Position numbers and translations under genes: made by a program. From NCBI RefSeq assembly GCF_000143415.4, contig NW_003314283.1:1540330-1604329 (forward strand): a stretch of DNA of 64,000 nt, given 5' to 3'. The stretch comes from Selaginella moellendorffii. Its lineage: Eukaryota > Plantae > Lycopodiophyta. This document shows positions 12,852 through 24,807 of the stretch, one piece after another (the first letter of the stretch is position 1; each line of letters begins with the position of its first letter). The notes below the pieces were generated by a model that was not told where the DNA came from, did not search any database, and saw only the letters and a program-made list of their open reading frames with translations.

Positions 12852-13998
12852 TCAGCAGTGGCGTTGCGGCGAGCCAAGTGGCGTGTTGTGGTTGGATGCC
12901 CGCTGCTCTTGCATGCTGTAGTGGAGCAGCTGGGCGGTACCGTAGGCCGGCGGCGTGGCGGCGCGGGAGGTGGCGCCGCTGGCAAGCCGCGCGGCGTGCT
13001 GTTGCTGCATGGAATAGATGAGGTTGGAGAGCTGCGCGGACCGTGGGAGATGATCGGCGGTACCGCCGGCGGTACCAATGTCAGTCATCCATGCCGTGAC
13101 AGCGTCCTGGTCCGTGGAGTCGGCTCGATCCAGCGTCAGTCCATATGGGAGGTGGTGGAACTGGCCAAAGAAGTTGTGATTGTTGGCGGCGCTGGCGGCG
13201 GCGCTAGCGGATCTAATTCCGCCAGGCCGAGCTCCCGTACCCTCGGAAGAAGCCGGGGACGCTAGCGGCGAGGTGGACAGGCCGGAATTGGTGGTGGTGG
13301 TGGTGGTGGCGGTGGTGGCGGCGCCCTGGAGGAGCGGCGGCATGGAGGAGCTGGACATGTAGTGGTGGCGGGGCGAGGCGGTGGTGGAGCAATCCCCCGC
13401 GCGGGGATCCATCTGCTGCTGCTGGAGCATCAGGTGGCTGGGGGAGAGGAGGTACCTTCCAGCCGCCGCGAGATTCATTTGCTGGTGGTGGTGGTGGTGG
13501 TGGTGGTGGCCGCCGCTGCTGATCGAGTGTGTCGTGTTTGTCAGCGATGTTGTGGTGGTTCTTCCGGATCCTCCCGACTGTGGCAGCGAAATCTGGCTCA
13601 ATGCGACCTTCTGCCCAAGAAACATACAAGAGAAACCACGATTAATCTCATTCCCATATCTCGATCAAGAAATCTTCTACTCGCGCTCTCTTTTGCTCGC
13701 TCGACTCGATTGGTGATCAAATGCTAGCGAATGGAAGGAGATGGAAAGAAAGACCAACCTGGTGCTGCTGGGAGTGAGAGCTCTGATCTTGCTGGGGGCG
13801 ATAAGTAGTTCCATCCGTCTCCACGATCCATCCCGCCTCGCCGGCAAGCGCGCGGAGAACATCGTTGATGTCCGCTCGCGGCGGGAGATTGTAGCCGCCG
13901 TGCTTGCGCAGGCCAGTGAAGATCCGCGTCGTGATCGCGCGCCTGTGCCTCTCGCGGATCTTGGTCTTCTCCTTCTCCGCAGCACTGAGCTTCCCCAT
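12852..13998 (-). CDS. BZR/BES family transcription factor (BES1_N domain, low-complexity C-terminus), 2 exons
   Basis: [60 protein letters not shown]. Intron at ~13613-13758. Exon 2 carries poly-His, poly-Thr and poly-Gln tracts from (CAC)n/(CAG)n. Confidence 0.9.
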
Positions 13999-14450
13999 TA
14001 AAGAAGAAGTCGAAGAAGAAGAAGCAATCCACACTCGAGCGGCGGCGGCGCTCGCTCCGCGCGCTCTTGGATCGATTAAAGAGCGCTGGCTCTTCTCTGC
14101 CACACTTTAAATCACACTCTCATTCTCACTCTCTCGAGAACTGGAGTGTGGATTTGGAAGAGTGGCAATGAAAATGATGGAGGAGAGGAAGAAGAGAGAG
14201 AGGCGCTGGGCGAGCAAAGCTTTCTTTGGCAGTGCTGCAGGAGTGAGCTCTACATCACTCACGCATAGGGTTCTCCCCTCACACGTTTGGACATAGAGGC
14301 CGCGCCCAATACCATGCCGCCAACCGGGAAGAACGTTTTATTCCCACTAATCTAACCCCCACTTTACCACTAACGACCGCTGCTAATCTAATCATTGTTC
14401 TTCGCGATCTTCTTTCTCAATCAATAGTAACGAAGCTATGGATGCCTCGA

Positions 14451-17405
14451 TCACACATTGTAGACCATGCCGACGTGAAGGAGGCTCTCGTGAGGGATGT
14501 GGTAGATCACCGAGTTGTCCCGGCAGATCCTGCGAAGGAATCCATAGCAGTAATTGATCGTCGCTCTCCTCAGCAGCCCCGATCCCTCGTTGCACCGGAT
14601 GAGCGTGTTGCCGAGGATGTGGACGATGCCTTGCTCCTTGGCGCTGTGCAAGAACTTGAGCTCGTCCTGTCGTCGATCATCTCTGTCGTCGCCATCGCTG
14701 CTGTAGCTCGTCAGCTGCGTCGACGAGTTCACCGACGTGAGAGAGTTGCTCATGAACCCCGCCACCGTGTTCCTCGTCTCCTGGTGATCGTGTTCTTGCT
14801 GTTCTTGCTGGGACTGAGAGCTCGACGCCGCGTACACCACCTGGCTTAACTCCGAGTTTCCATCGTCCTGTCCATCCACGCTCTCGAGCAGCGACTCGTA
14901 CTTCACGAACGCTGCCAGCGTCTGGATCAAGAGATCGTCGAAATGGTCGTCTCGCTTGTGGAGATCCTTGTATCCGTATCTCACAGCGCAGCGGAACATC
15001 CGGTAGTTCTTGGGGCCGATCCTTCGCACCAGAAACCTCTCCTCCTTTGGCACCGTGCTCACCGGCAAGTACTTGACGCAGACGAACACCAGGATGGAGT
15101 GGATCGCTGGGAAGTGCGTCAAAAAGTGGGAGAAGATCGATGGAACTCCATGAGCTAGCTCGGTGTAGAAGAGGCCGATGCCGGGCAGCCGGACGAGTCC
15201 CAAGCTCGGTCCCAGGCCGAGGATCCATCCAACCGAGACTTTGTTGCGTTTCTCGGTCTCGTAGCGCTGCGTGGAGCCGTAGTGCCATGTATACATGACG
15301 AGCAAGAGGACCGCTCCTATCGCCAGGGGAACCCAGCCACCATTTGGAACTTTGAAGAGCACGGCCGAGATGTAGACGAGCTCCACGGTGCCAAACACGG
15401 CGAGGAAGAGCAGCACCAGGAAAATATTTGTTTGCCAGATGACCACCATGAGCAAAGCCATGAGCAAAGTCGTGACTAGCATAACTCCGATCACGGCAAC
15501 ACCTGTGACAAGCAAGTTGGAAGTAAGTTTTGCTCTTCCTGAAAAGGAAAAAAAGTGTTTTTGAGTACCGTATGCGTTGCCGATTTGCGTTGTTTTGCGG
15601 AAGCCAGCAGTGATGAGCAAGCACAGCGCCATGAGTATCCAGTTCACCTCGGGCACGTAAATCTGGCCCATGAAACGCTGAGAAGTGTGGACGATCTTTA
15701 CTCGAGGGAAGCAGCCGAGTGCTACTGCCTGCTTGACTATAGAGAAAGTTGCCGAGATTGTTGCCTGGCTCGCGATGATCGCTGCTGCGGTGGCGATCAC
15801 AAACATTGGCCAGTACAGAGGTCCTGTGAAACAAGGTAAAAGAGAAGTTTTGTTCACATATTTGTTCACGAGCTTTGAGAAAACCGTAGTACCTGGGACA
15901 GAGCTATAGAAGGCATCGGCCACTCGATCTGGATGATGCATCAAGAACGCAGCCTGCCCCATGTAAGCTGCGAGGAGGCAAGGAAAAACCAGAAATGTAA
16001 ACGCCAGCTGTTGCAAAAGTTTCTCATAAGAAATCTCTGTATACCAATTCATCTATCTTTTCTCTTTCTGGTTTTTTCTTTCGCTCGAGGAAACTCGTTA
16101 CCTGAATGGAAAGAGCGGAAAAATGGCCGAGGTCTGCAAACAATGCCTCTGCGCCTGCAATGTGAATTCCTTGCATGAGCTACAGCGTAAAAACGAAAGA
16201 GGAACATCGTTTACCAGTGATGGAGAGCATAATTCCTCCAAGAGCGACCCATCCATTCACTTCACTCCTGTGGAAGTAGCGAATGAAAGTGAGCGGCGAG
16301 AGCGCCCGGAAGATGGATGGATCGTGCCTGAAAATGTTGTAGAGCCCGATCAAACCAATGGAGAGGAACCAGAGAAAGATGATGGGAGCAAAAATGAAAG
16401 CCACTTTGCCGGTTCCAAATCGTTGCATACAAAACAGGATCACCAGAATCAGCAGGGACAGCACCAGCACAGCTTCTGCAGAAAGAAACAAATGCTGCGT
16501 AAACTTTTGTGAGCGCTGCTTCTTTGGTACCTTCCGGAAGAGAATGATGCGCCGCTTGAATGCCTTTGACAGACGAAAGTACTGCAAAGGTCGCGTATTG
16601 TCAGAAGAAAACGAGCGAGAAGAGCGAAGAAAAAGTGTGTGTCGCTACCTGAGATTGCCGGGGAAAGGATACCATCGCCGATAACCATGCTCGTTCCCAA
16701 AAGAACCAGGACGAGCAAGATCTTCTGGAGATGGGAGTTGTTCTCCAAGAGTGTTCTCACCTTGAAAGCCAGAGAGTTTGGAGCTACTGGCCGGCGGCTA
16801 TACGTCGTGAGTTTCAAGTCGGTGTGATGCTGGTTTTGGATGGTGTTTGCTTTGACGTGCCTGCAGATGAGCGAGTAGAGAGCAAAAGTTCCACCTGCGG
16901 ACAAGGATTCATGAGCTCCCGATCGAGACGAGAAGGAAACAACGAGCGAGAAAAAAGAACCAACCTTCGCCATAGTCGCTCGACTGAAGCGCGATGAACA
17001 CGTATTTGATGAGAGGGATGAGAGTGATGGTGTAGATGATGAGCGAGAGCGTTCCAAGGATATCGTCGGTGTTCTCCACGGTGCTAGTGTCCTGGAAGAT
17101 GCTCGAGAAGACGTAGAGAGGCGAGGTTCCAAGATCTCCATACACCACTCCCAAGCTCAAGAAGGCCAGCCACAAAGTGGTGGCCGTGGACAATCCCTGG
17201 AGCAAGAAACAAAGAAGCCCAATTGGATTCACGAGACAAGCGGGATGGAGGATTCATCACAAACCTTGTCGGATCGCCACATACTGGCGACGCGCCCGGC
17301 CTCCTCCCCGAGTGGCTGATCCAAAGTTTGGTCCAACTTCCACATTCTTCCCTTTCCCTGTTCTTGGGCTTCCTCCTCCTCATCGGTCTCGACCACCGCA
17401 TCCAT
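14451..17405 (-). CDS. KUP/HAK/KT potassium transporter
   Basis: [13 protein letters not shown] signature; [15 protein letters not shown]; [13 protein letters not shown]; [12 protein letters not shown]; YGYKD; C-terminal [10 protein letters not shown]. Confidence 0.96.
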
Positions 17406-18400
17406 TTCTGCCAAATCTAATCGATGATCAAGCGACTTGGGCTCCCGATTCTCCGTCTCCGCCTCGATCGGTGCCACGATTCGGGGGTGTTGGCGTCATC
17501 GCCCACTGTCGCTCATCCTTCTCCCGTCCGGCGGAGCACTGTGATTGTGGCTGGCGGCCTCCCAACGCCGCCACATCTCCTCCATCTCTACGGCCTTGAT
17601 GAGCTCCGTCCAAGAAGCTCCTGTCTTTACCCAGAGCACGGAACTATCGGGAGCTCTCCTCTCCTTCCCTATCTCTTGCCCCCTCGCAGAATAGAAGAGG
17701 GAAGAACTTGTCAACGTTTTGCGCCGTGGGCACCACCAGATCCGATCCGCGTCACCATTGTTGGAAGCTTGACGCCAAGATTTGTGGAGCAATCGCGGAG
17801 ACCGAGCGAGCGAGCGAGCACGATCGACACTACATTGGTTAGAAAAACCCCATCTTGGCTGCCTGTGCTCCTGTTCTAGCCATAGAAACAGGAGCCCACG
17901 CAAAAGATATGGGACCAGTACTCGATAGTTACTCTGGTAATTAGGGCATTGTCACAGGCCTTGTTTAGGGCTCACGGTATATCCTCTGTTGTTTAGGGCT
18001 CACGGTTGTTAACGCATTTTAGCTGGTTATAGAAGCTGCTGGATTTGTTCTTCCCGAGGCTTTTCACCAGGTATGTTCTAGAAAACTCTCAAGATCTTTA
18101 GATCTTTGTTTTATACTTATCTAGCTTGTTTCGTACCACAGGGAAGACACCCATTGTCTAGATCACTGATCTTTATCACGTACTTTGGAGGCATACATGA
18201 CGTGATTCTTGTGTCCTCTGTGAAAGAGAGGATCGTTTCTATGTTACACTTTATATTTGTAAACTCCTAATGTATTTGATATTGATCATCTCAAATGCAT
18301 CTGCCCGGGAATTATATTTCTATAACAGGTCGCACCCTAATGCTAGAGTTTAAACCAATGAGCGGGAAAAGAAGTGCCCTAGCCCTAGAGGAGAAGAGCA

Positions 18401-19509
18401 ATGGCGCTGCTGCTGCTGCTGGCGCTCCTGCCGATCGCGATGATTCTCGTCGATGCCGCGGACAACAATCCGGTATTCAATCCGTGCCGCCAGTTGCTGC
18501 CGGTCGGGGGCAAGGATTCGATCAGCATTGCGGTAGGGTACACTGGCGCGCCCTCGGTTTGGTACAACAACTCGGATCCGTCGCTCAATCAGCTCTCGCC
18601 TTGCGACAACGCGCTCGTTGCTGTGAGTGTTGTCTGAGAACTCGTGTTGATCGAGCTTTCTTTGGTTTGCTGTGTTGGGCAGAAAATGCCGGCGAATTCC
18701 CGGGTTGCCGTGTTCAGGCCTCTGCTGGATCAAATCTCGATGCTGCGGACGAACAATGCGAGCTATCTGGATCTCCACACTGCCGTAATCTATCAAACTC
18801 CCACGATCGAAGAGCACAGTAAAAGATCTTTTTCTTTTACTTTGACTTTCTTATCAGGTTTTGTTTGTTTGTTCCAGTTTCCTGGGAATGCTACTGTGGT
18901 TGCGTATGCTGGGAACCCCACAATTGTCTCGACTCCAAAATACTTCCTCATTCCTTACGTAAGTTCATGAGGAAGAGTTTTAGCCGAAATTGGAGTCACG
19001 GTTTGTTTTGTGAGCAGGGGAGAATACCGATCTACACGCTCGTGATTGAGCTCAAGAAAGGAGTGCTCAAGAATTTGCTTTGGTAAGAATCACCTTTGTT
19101 TAGACTCTTGTGTGTGTTTACGTTTCTTTCTTCAGGAAGGACGATAAGTGTGCATCCTGCGGTGGAAAGACGAGCGCTTCGTGCTTCCAAGGCGCCTGTT
19201 CGACGTCAGAGTCGACTTGTCTGGATCCATCGTCGACTATTGCGTCGGTAAAAGGCGCTGATCCGTGCCGATTTGCCGTAAGTTTTGTGTCTTTTCCTCC
19301 GAGACAGAGAAGAAGCATCCTTACTCCTTTTCTGGCTCTTACAGATAAATGTCGCGTTCTCTGGGACCGACAAAAACAACGTGGTGATGGACTCGTGGTA
19401 CCAGGTGAAGTCCATGGAGCAGTACTCCATCACATCGCTCTTTGGACAGGCCGGCAATGCGCTATCCCAAGTTGGTCTGTCCATCATAGATGACCAACTT
19501 GGTGGGTGA
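18401..19509 (+). CDS. Expp1-like secreted plant protein of unknown function
   Basis: Signal peptide MALLLLLALLPIAMILVDAA; DNNPVFNPC; QLSPCD; VAVFRPLLDQISML; KGVLKNLLWK; AFSGTDK...SWYQVKSMEQYS, recalled as the Expp1 family pattern. Confidence 0.8.
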
Positions 19510-20406
19510 CATAATCGACCAACCAACCAAGTTCCTGGGTTTATGGGGGGGATGGGGGGCTGCTCATGCTGTTTGCCGCATTCCGGCTACTCGATGCGCT
19601 CCTCGTTCGTAAGAGGAGCACGTTTTCGGGTAATCCTAATTCGGAGCTGGTTTCCAGAAAAAAATTGTGTTTTTTCAGCGCCTCTCACTTGGAATTCATT
19701 GCAACTTCTTCCATGTTGCTGCGCTCTATATTTCATCTAGTGCATGGTACGCTTGAGAGTTCTTTTCAGCGGAATGACGTGATGCCATATAGGTGATCGA
19801 TCAGTTCCTCATTGCCTGCTCGCCCGCCGAACGTTTTGCCTCTGGTGGCGCCAATCTCGTGTACCTTTATGACTGCAGCGACAATTTCAGGTACGTTTAC
19901 CGATCAGAGTTTATCACCTTTCGATTTTAAGAAACCAGGAGGGCAGCCATTGCAGATTGGTTTCCGGACAAGATCGAGAAAGCTGGCCAACTTCGGCACC
20001 GTCACCACCGCAGTGGGTCGTCAGGATGCTCTTACAGAAGTGGAGATTCTAACAGGAAGGTAGTGACGTTACATTAGCAGGAGTCCAGTTACCCTGCGCT
20101 CGTAGGTGGATCTGCGAAGCTCGAAGCTGGCCACGGGCTCGCGAATGGGATGATCTCTACTAGATCGCGGTATGAACCGATATGTTTTCATGAAAGCTAC
20201 GTGTTTTTTTTTTTTTAACGAGGAGGACATGGGTTTGTGGCAGGGATCTGTAGGTGCTAACTCAGCTCACAGAGCAAGTTGGAGATGGAGAGGCTCGTGC
20301 TGTATATCGAGTCGCTACGGCACAGGGAACTATGTTTCGAGGAGCACAGGGCCAAAGGACAAGTCATACGTATAAATTCTCGGACATGATCAAGGATCAA
20401 ACAAGC

Positions 20407-21105
20407 TTAAGCCACATTGAGCTCTAGTGTGGATGACGAATTAAAGCTGGATCCAGGATAGCAGGGTCGCTCCAGATACATTCCGATGCCTCTGAAGTAC
20501 TGAGTTTGTGTAGCAAAGCCCCAGAAGCCCACGAATTTGCCGACTGGAGTGACGAAAAACTGTCCTGTTGTGATTCCATATGGCCCATAGCTCTTCTGGT
20601 GCCCAGTGTATTTGTCGCTGGAGATGAAGGTGAGCTGATTTATCCCATCTCTCGTGAACTTGCTTGGTCCTCCGAATCCTCTCATTTGGGTTATCTCTTC
20701 ATTTGGATAGTCCAGACATATCTGCGAAGAACAAGAAGGAAGAACCAGGTGATCTCGTGGACAAGTTGGAGCTCACCTGTGTCGGTGCCTTGTGTGTGGT
20801 AGTGCCATGAGCTGGTGCCCAGATATACTGACCATCTCCATAGTCATACATCACTTGGAGACCATCAAACACTTCACCATGCCAGAGTCTCATGCACACA
20901 ATCCCTTTGGACTCGCCGTCGCTAAACTCGATGCCTTCTGTGCCACCCCATCGGCCATAGCGGCGGGCACTGGATCCATCCAGAAGCTGGAGAGCCAAAG
21001 AGCAGTATATATAATGTCAGCTGCGACCAAAGCAGATGTGATGATGTGAAGTGTAGAACACTTAACGCAGAGGGCGAACACGAAAAAGAACACTGGAGTC
21101 CACAT
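20407..21105 (-). CDS. Single-domain jacalin-related lectin with N-terminal signal peptide (3 exons)
   Basis: Splicing 21105-21067 to 20986 gives MWTPVFFFVFALC-LLDGSSA-RRYGRWGGTEGIEFSD. Then LDYPNEEITQMRGFGG, LTFIS, YGPYG and FVGFWG...IGMY, the jacalin beta-prism motifs. Confidence 0.85.
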
Positions 21106-21429
21106 ATCCCCTATCGATCGATCTCAGCTGGATGACTGGAAGCAAGGGCTTGAAATATGTTCTTATTTGCAAGCAGCAAGGTGAAGGACGTCGATGTGTA
21201 AAGCTTCTTGATTAAAAAGTTAAAAAGTTGTCTTGTTTTTTTCCACCGCATTCTTCTCGTGGAAGGGAAAATGCTGGTCCCCGATGTCGAACCCTCAACC
21301 GCTCCTGAGTCCTTGCCATGACAAGACTTACCTGCTGCTTGTTCACTTCTGGATGACAAGAATTTCTCTTTTCTTTAGTCCTTGGGTGCTCATTGATATG
21401 CTCCAGATTAAAAGATTTGTTAGCTGAAA

Positions 21430-22774
21430 TTTTTCCTCTGTACTATTTCTAAGGTCCCACTGAGATAACTCGGGCTCTTGGACTCCGGTGTCATGGAGAT
21501 TGTGGCCTTGGCCGCCTCTACAACATTTGACTTTGAAATCAACAGGTACACGATGTCCATTCTTGGAGCTGATTCATGCTCTTCATGGCAAGCCACCGTG
21601 TACAAGAGATACATTGGGAATGGGTTTGAGGGCGTGGTTTCATCCCAGTCTCCAGGAGGAGGATAGCTAGAGCATGAGCTATCTGGCCTCTCTGCTGCTG
21701 GACAACGGCGTCATGACTAGAGATTGCCTTTTGGAGTCCTTTACCTCACACACACCTCAAGAGGTGGACGACCATCACCTTCCAAGGTTGTGGACATCAT
21801 TGAGAAGAATTACATCCACTTTCCAAAGCACGATCAGTGGTTCACCAGCGGGGTGAAGCAAAGGTTTGCAGATAAGGTGAGGTACCATGTAATAGTATGT
21901 AACATTATAGCCATACACCTGGACTTCATATATATAGCCGTCACAAAGAATGTTCCTCGTCTTGCAGGCAATTCCAGTCAAGTCATGCAATCTCAACAAG
22001 ACTTTGGGAAAGTGCCCTGACAAGGCCGAGGAGCTGGCCATCCATTCCATGAAGATTGTTGCGGATCCAGGCATGCACTACAACATCGTCTCGGATGGCC
22101 ATGTCTTCTCTGATCTCGTCGGCTCTGACGATGCTGCTGTGGATTCTTATGGAGGGATGTTTTGGGAGATGGCACACAATTTGTATCCCGGCTTGGTCAG
22201 TTTCTTTAGCCTGGACGAGTTTCTGCTGGACAACCACAGCGAGAACAGCATTGCCAACCTTTTATCCAACACGGCAGTGGAGCATTCAGTTGCGACTGAG
22301 CTCACGGCCAATGCAGAGAATGCCAGGCGAACGCTCATTGTTTGGATGTGACGAGTCAACCGTCACCAAGGTAGGAAGACCCCGAGCACGTAATCTGTAT
22401 CGTGGCTTCTCCAGGTTCACCCTCGAGGACTTGCACGACACAAGAGCTGCAAGGACCTTCCGTCAAAGTCGAAGTTGTGCAGCCAAGTTGGCTTCCTCAT
22501 GATCCTCTGGAACTGGAACGGTTCATACTCGGCCCATGGTGGAGTGGCTCTTCCCGTTGCAGCTGCGCATCTCCATCCACCCGCATCCAAACAGTGGCAC
22601 AACGCAGTTGTCGAGCTCGAGGATGGCAAGTTCATGCTGCTCCATTCCAAGATCATCAGAGAGTTTGGGAGAACACCTCGATTGAGCCAGCAGCTGCTTC
22701 TCAAGCGTGACGGCTATCTTGTGAGGTATCCGGACCACAGACCCAGCCACTACAGGCAAGTCAGCGCCTGCTAG
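21430..22774 (+). pseudogene. Unidentified degenerate gene relic; partly duplicated at ~28.9-29.0 kb
   Basis: Several broken ORFs. Segment 21549-21730 is clearly similar to 28899-29040 (CPxLELxxALHGKPPxTRDT; MSYLAxLLLDN...MTRDCLL). Confidence 0.4.
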
Positions 22775-22929
22775 GCCGCAGCTATTGGCATTTTTAATTC
22801 AATTGCCAATGTATAAGCTTGCGTAGTCCCAATCTCCAATACAAGTCGTCGTTATCTTTCCTAGAGTTGGCATTTTACATCCATCTTAGTTGAAACATAG
22901 CAGTGTAGGAAATTGTTCTAGGGTTTTTG

Positions 22930-24480
22930 AAGAGGGATCGCGCTCGAGAGCGTGGTTTGTTGCAACTCCAGTGCTCGTAGTACGTGCGAACGAGCAGTGC
23001 ATTAAACAGCAAAAATGCGATGCACAGCACCCACACCGCATTGTCTTCGGGTAAATCTTGTCTTCACAAATCTCTCATGCTACATTCTTGTTTTTCTTTG
23101 TCTAGATATGGACTTGGGAATGGAACGAAGGTCTTCGGAGCTACCTACACCCGCTCATCTTTGCTGCGCGCTAAGACGTTGGCAGTGTTTAAGCTGGATA
23201 CTGGTTCATGGTAAGCTCGATAAAACTTAAGCTTTTTTCGAGAAAGTTCTAATGCCTTCTAGCTTTTCATGAATGATTCCATGATAGTGGAGGTCGCCAA
23301 GGCTTTTCCAGTCTCTCATTGCCGCAGCCGGTGATGTTTACCTGTGGAAGCTCGCTTGTCGAGCATTTGGTGACCGTGTTGCAAAGTGGACAGTAAGTTC
23401 CATCTGAAAAAATGTGAGGAAAACTCGATTCTCAAACTTTATTATGCAGATGTTTTGCCAGCTCGTCAACTGGTCCAGATATCTCCTCCATGAAGTTCTT
23501 CCTATCGGATACGCAAAGGAGGCGTGTTCCATGCTCAAAACCCTTACATTTGCCTCCAACTTTCAGGTGTGGCATTCTTGGAGCGACTTTCGTTTTGGAC
23601 AGGATCATGTACGGAAATGGTTATTTGTGCTGCTGAGGTTTTCCTGTTTAATTTCCTCTGGGGGGATGGTGACTTCTGTTTAATTTCCCTGGCACTGGTA
23701 TTTCACCCAGGGCTTTCCAGCGATGGCATTCACGCACTTGCCGCTAACATGTTGGTAGTCGCGGCAGTGGTTTCTTGCGGGTCTTGTAGCTTGGATATTG
23801 TTCACGTATAGTCTGCTCGGGCACAAAGAATTCAGGTATCCGTTAGCATATGTATGAAGAGCAACTTAACTTTTCTAGTCATTCAGGTTCGTCTTGCCAG
23901 CACTTCCTCTGGCGATGCTCTTTGCTGGGAACAGCCTTGCCTCCATTGAGTCCGGAAGTAAGCAAATTGTCAAAGCAAAATCCGGTGGACGATGAAGTTT
24001 ACAGCCATTCTCATCGGACTGCTTGTCTCCAACGTGCCAGCTGCGCTTTACACTTCGCTCGTCCACCAGGTGAAAGAAGCTGCTTGTTTGTAGACTAACG
24101 AACACTACTTTTGCCCAAACAGCGCGGCTGAATGGAGTACCTTGGCAATGAAGCGGCAGACCAAAGGGTGGAAAGCATTACGTTTCTGACGCAATGCCAT
24201 GCTACTCCATTCTACACGTCACTGCACAAGGATTTGCCAATGAGATTCTTAGCGATGGTGGCAAAGACGAGGCCTCACGGTTCATGGAGGATCCACCCAC
24301 GGGAGCTTGCCCAGTCACATCGTCATTTTTTAATCCTTGGAGGACAAACTCCGGCCATTTCTGGAAGCACGCTCCTACAAGTTGGCAAGCTTCTCTACTC
24401 CCGCGAACGAGTACAGATCCTGGACTGGCGCGCACTTGCGCAAGTGGGCACCGCCAACTTCCTCAAACTCCAGTTTGCTA
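22930..24480 (+). pseudogene. PIGB: GPI mannosyltransferase 3 (PIG-B/GPI10, GT22) pseudogene, copy 1
   Basis: Fragments LAVFKLDT, PRLFQSLIAAAGDVYLWK, MFCQLVNW and VESITFLTQCHATPFYTSLHKDLPMRFL. Many frameshifts and deletions; introns are retained. Confidence 0.8.
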
Positions 24481-24807
24481 GCCCTAGTCTAATGGCGTCT
24501 CAAAGTCGATCAGAGGCATACTCGGCATGGAAGGTTGTGCTGGGAGAGACGAACACTTAATCTATGATCAAATGGAAGTTTATAATTATAAACATGTTTA
24601 TAAATCATAAATGCAAGATTAATAACAATGGTTAAATGGTAGAATATCTTAGAATATTTAAATATATTTTAAATATATTCACTACCTAAGCATAGCTCAA
24701 TTTGTTCGGTCAGCGGTAAATGTTAAAGTTAAATTTAAATATTTAAGATTAAAGCTAACATTTAAAAACCACATTTCACTAGGTCTCCTTGAAAGTTTAC
24801 AGCAGAG

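Noticed and set aside
14677-15834. 385-aa alternative-frame ORF inside the KUP gene
   Set aside because: Shadow ORF caused by GC-rich codon usage; Arg/Gly/Pro-rich with no domain.
17961-18006. 18-bp direct repeat ttgtttagggctcacggt x2
   Set aside because: Only two copies; a simple local duplication, not a CRISPR array or supported TE end.
21950-22351. SFFSLDEFLL resembling a glycosyltransferase DxD/DEF motif
   Set aside because: A single weak motif, not enough to name the relic.
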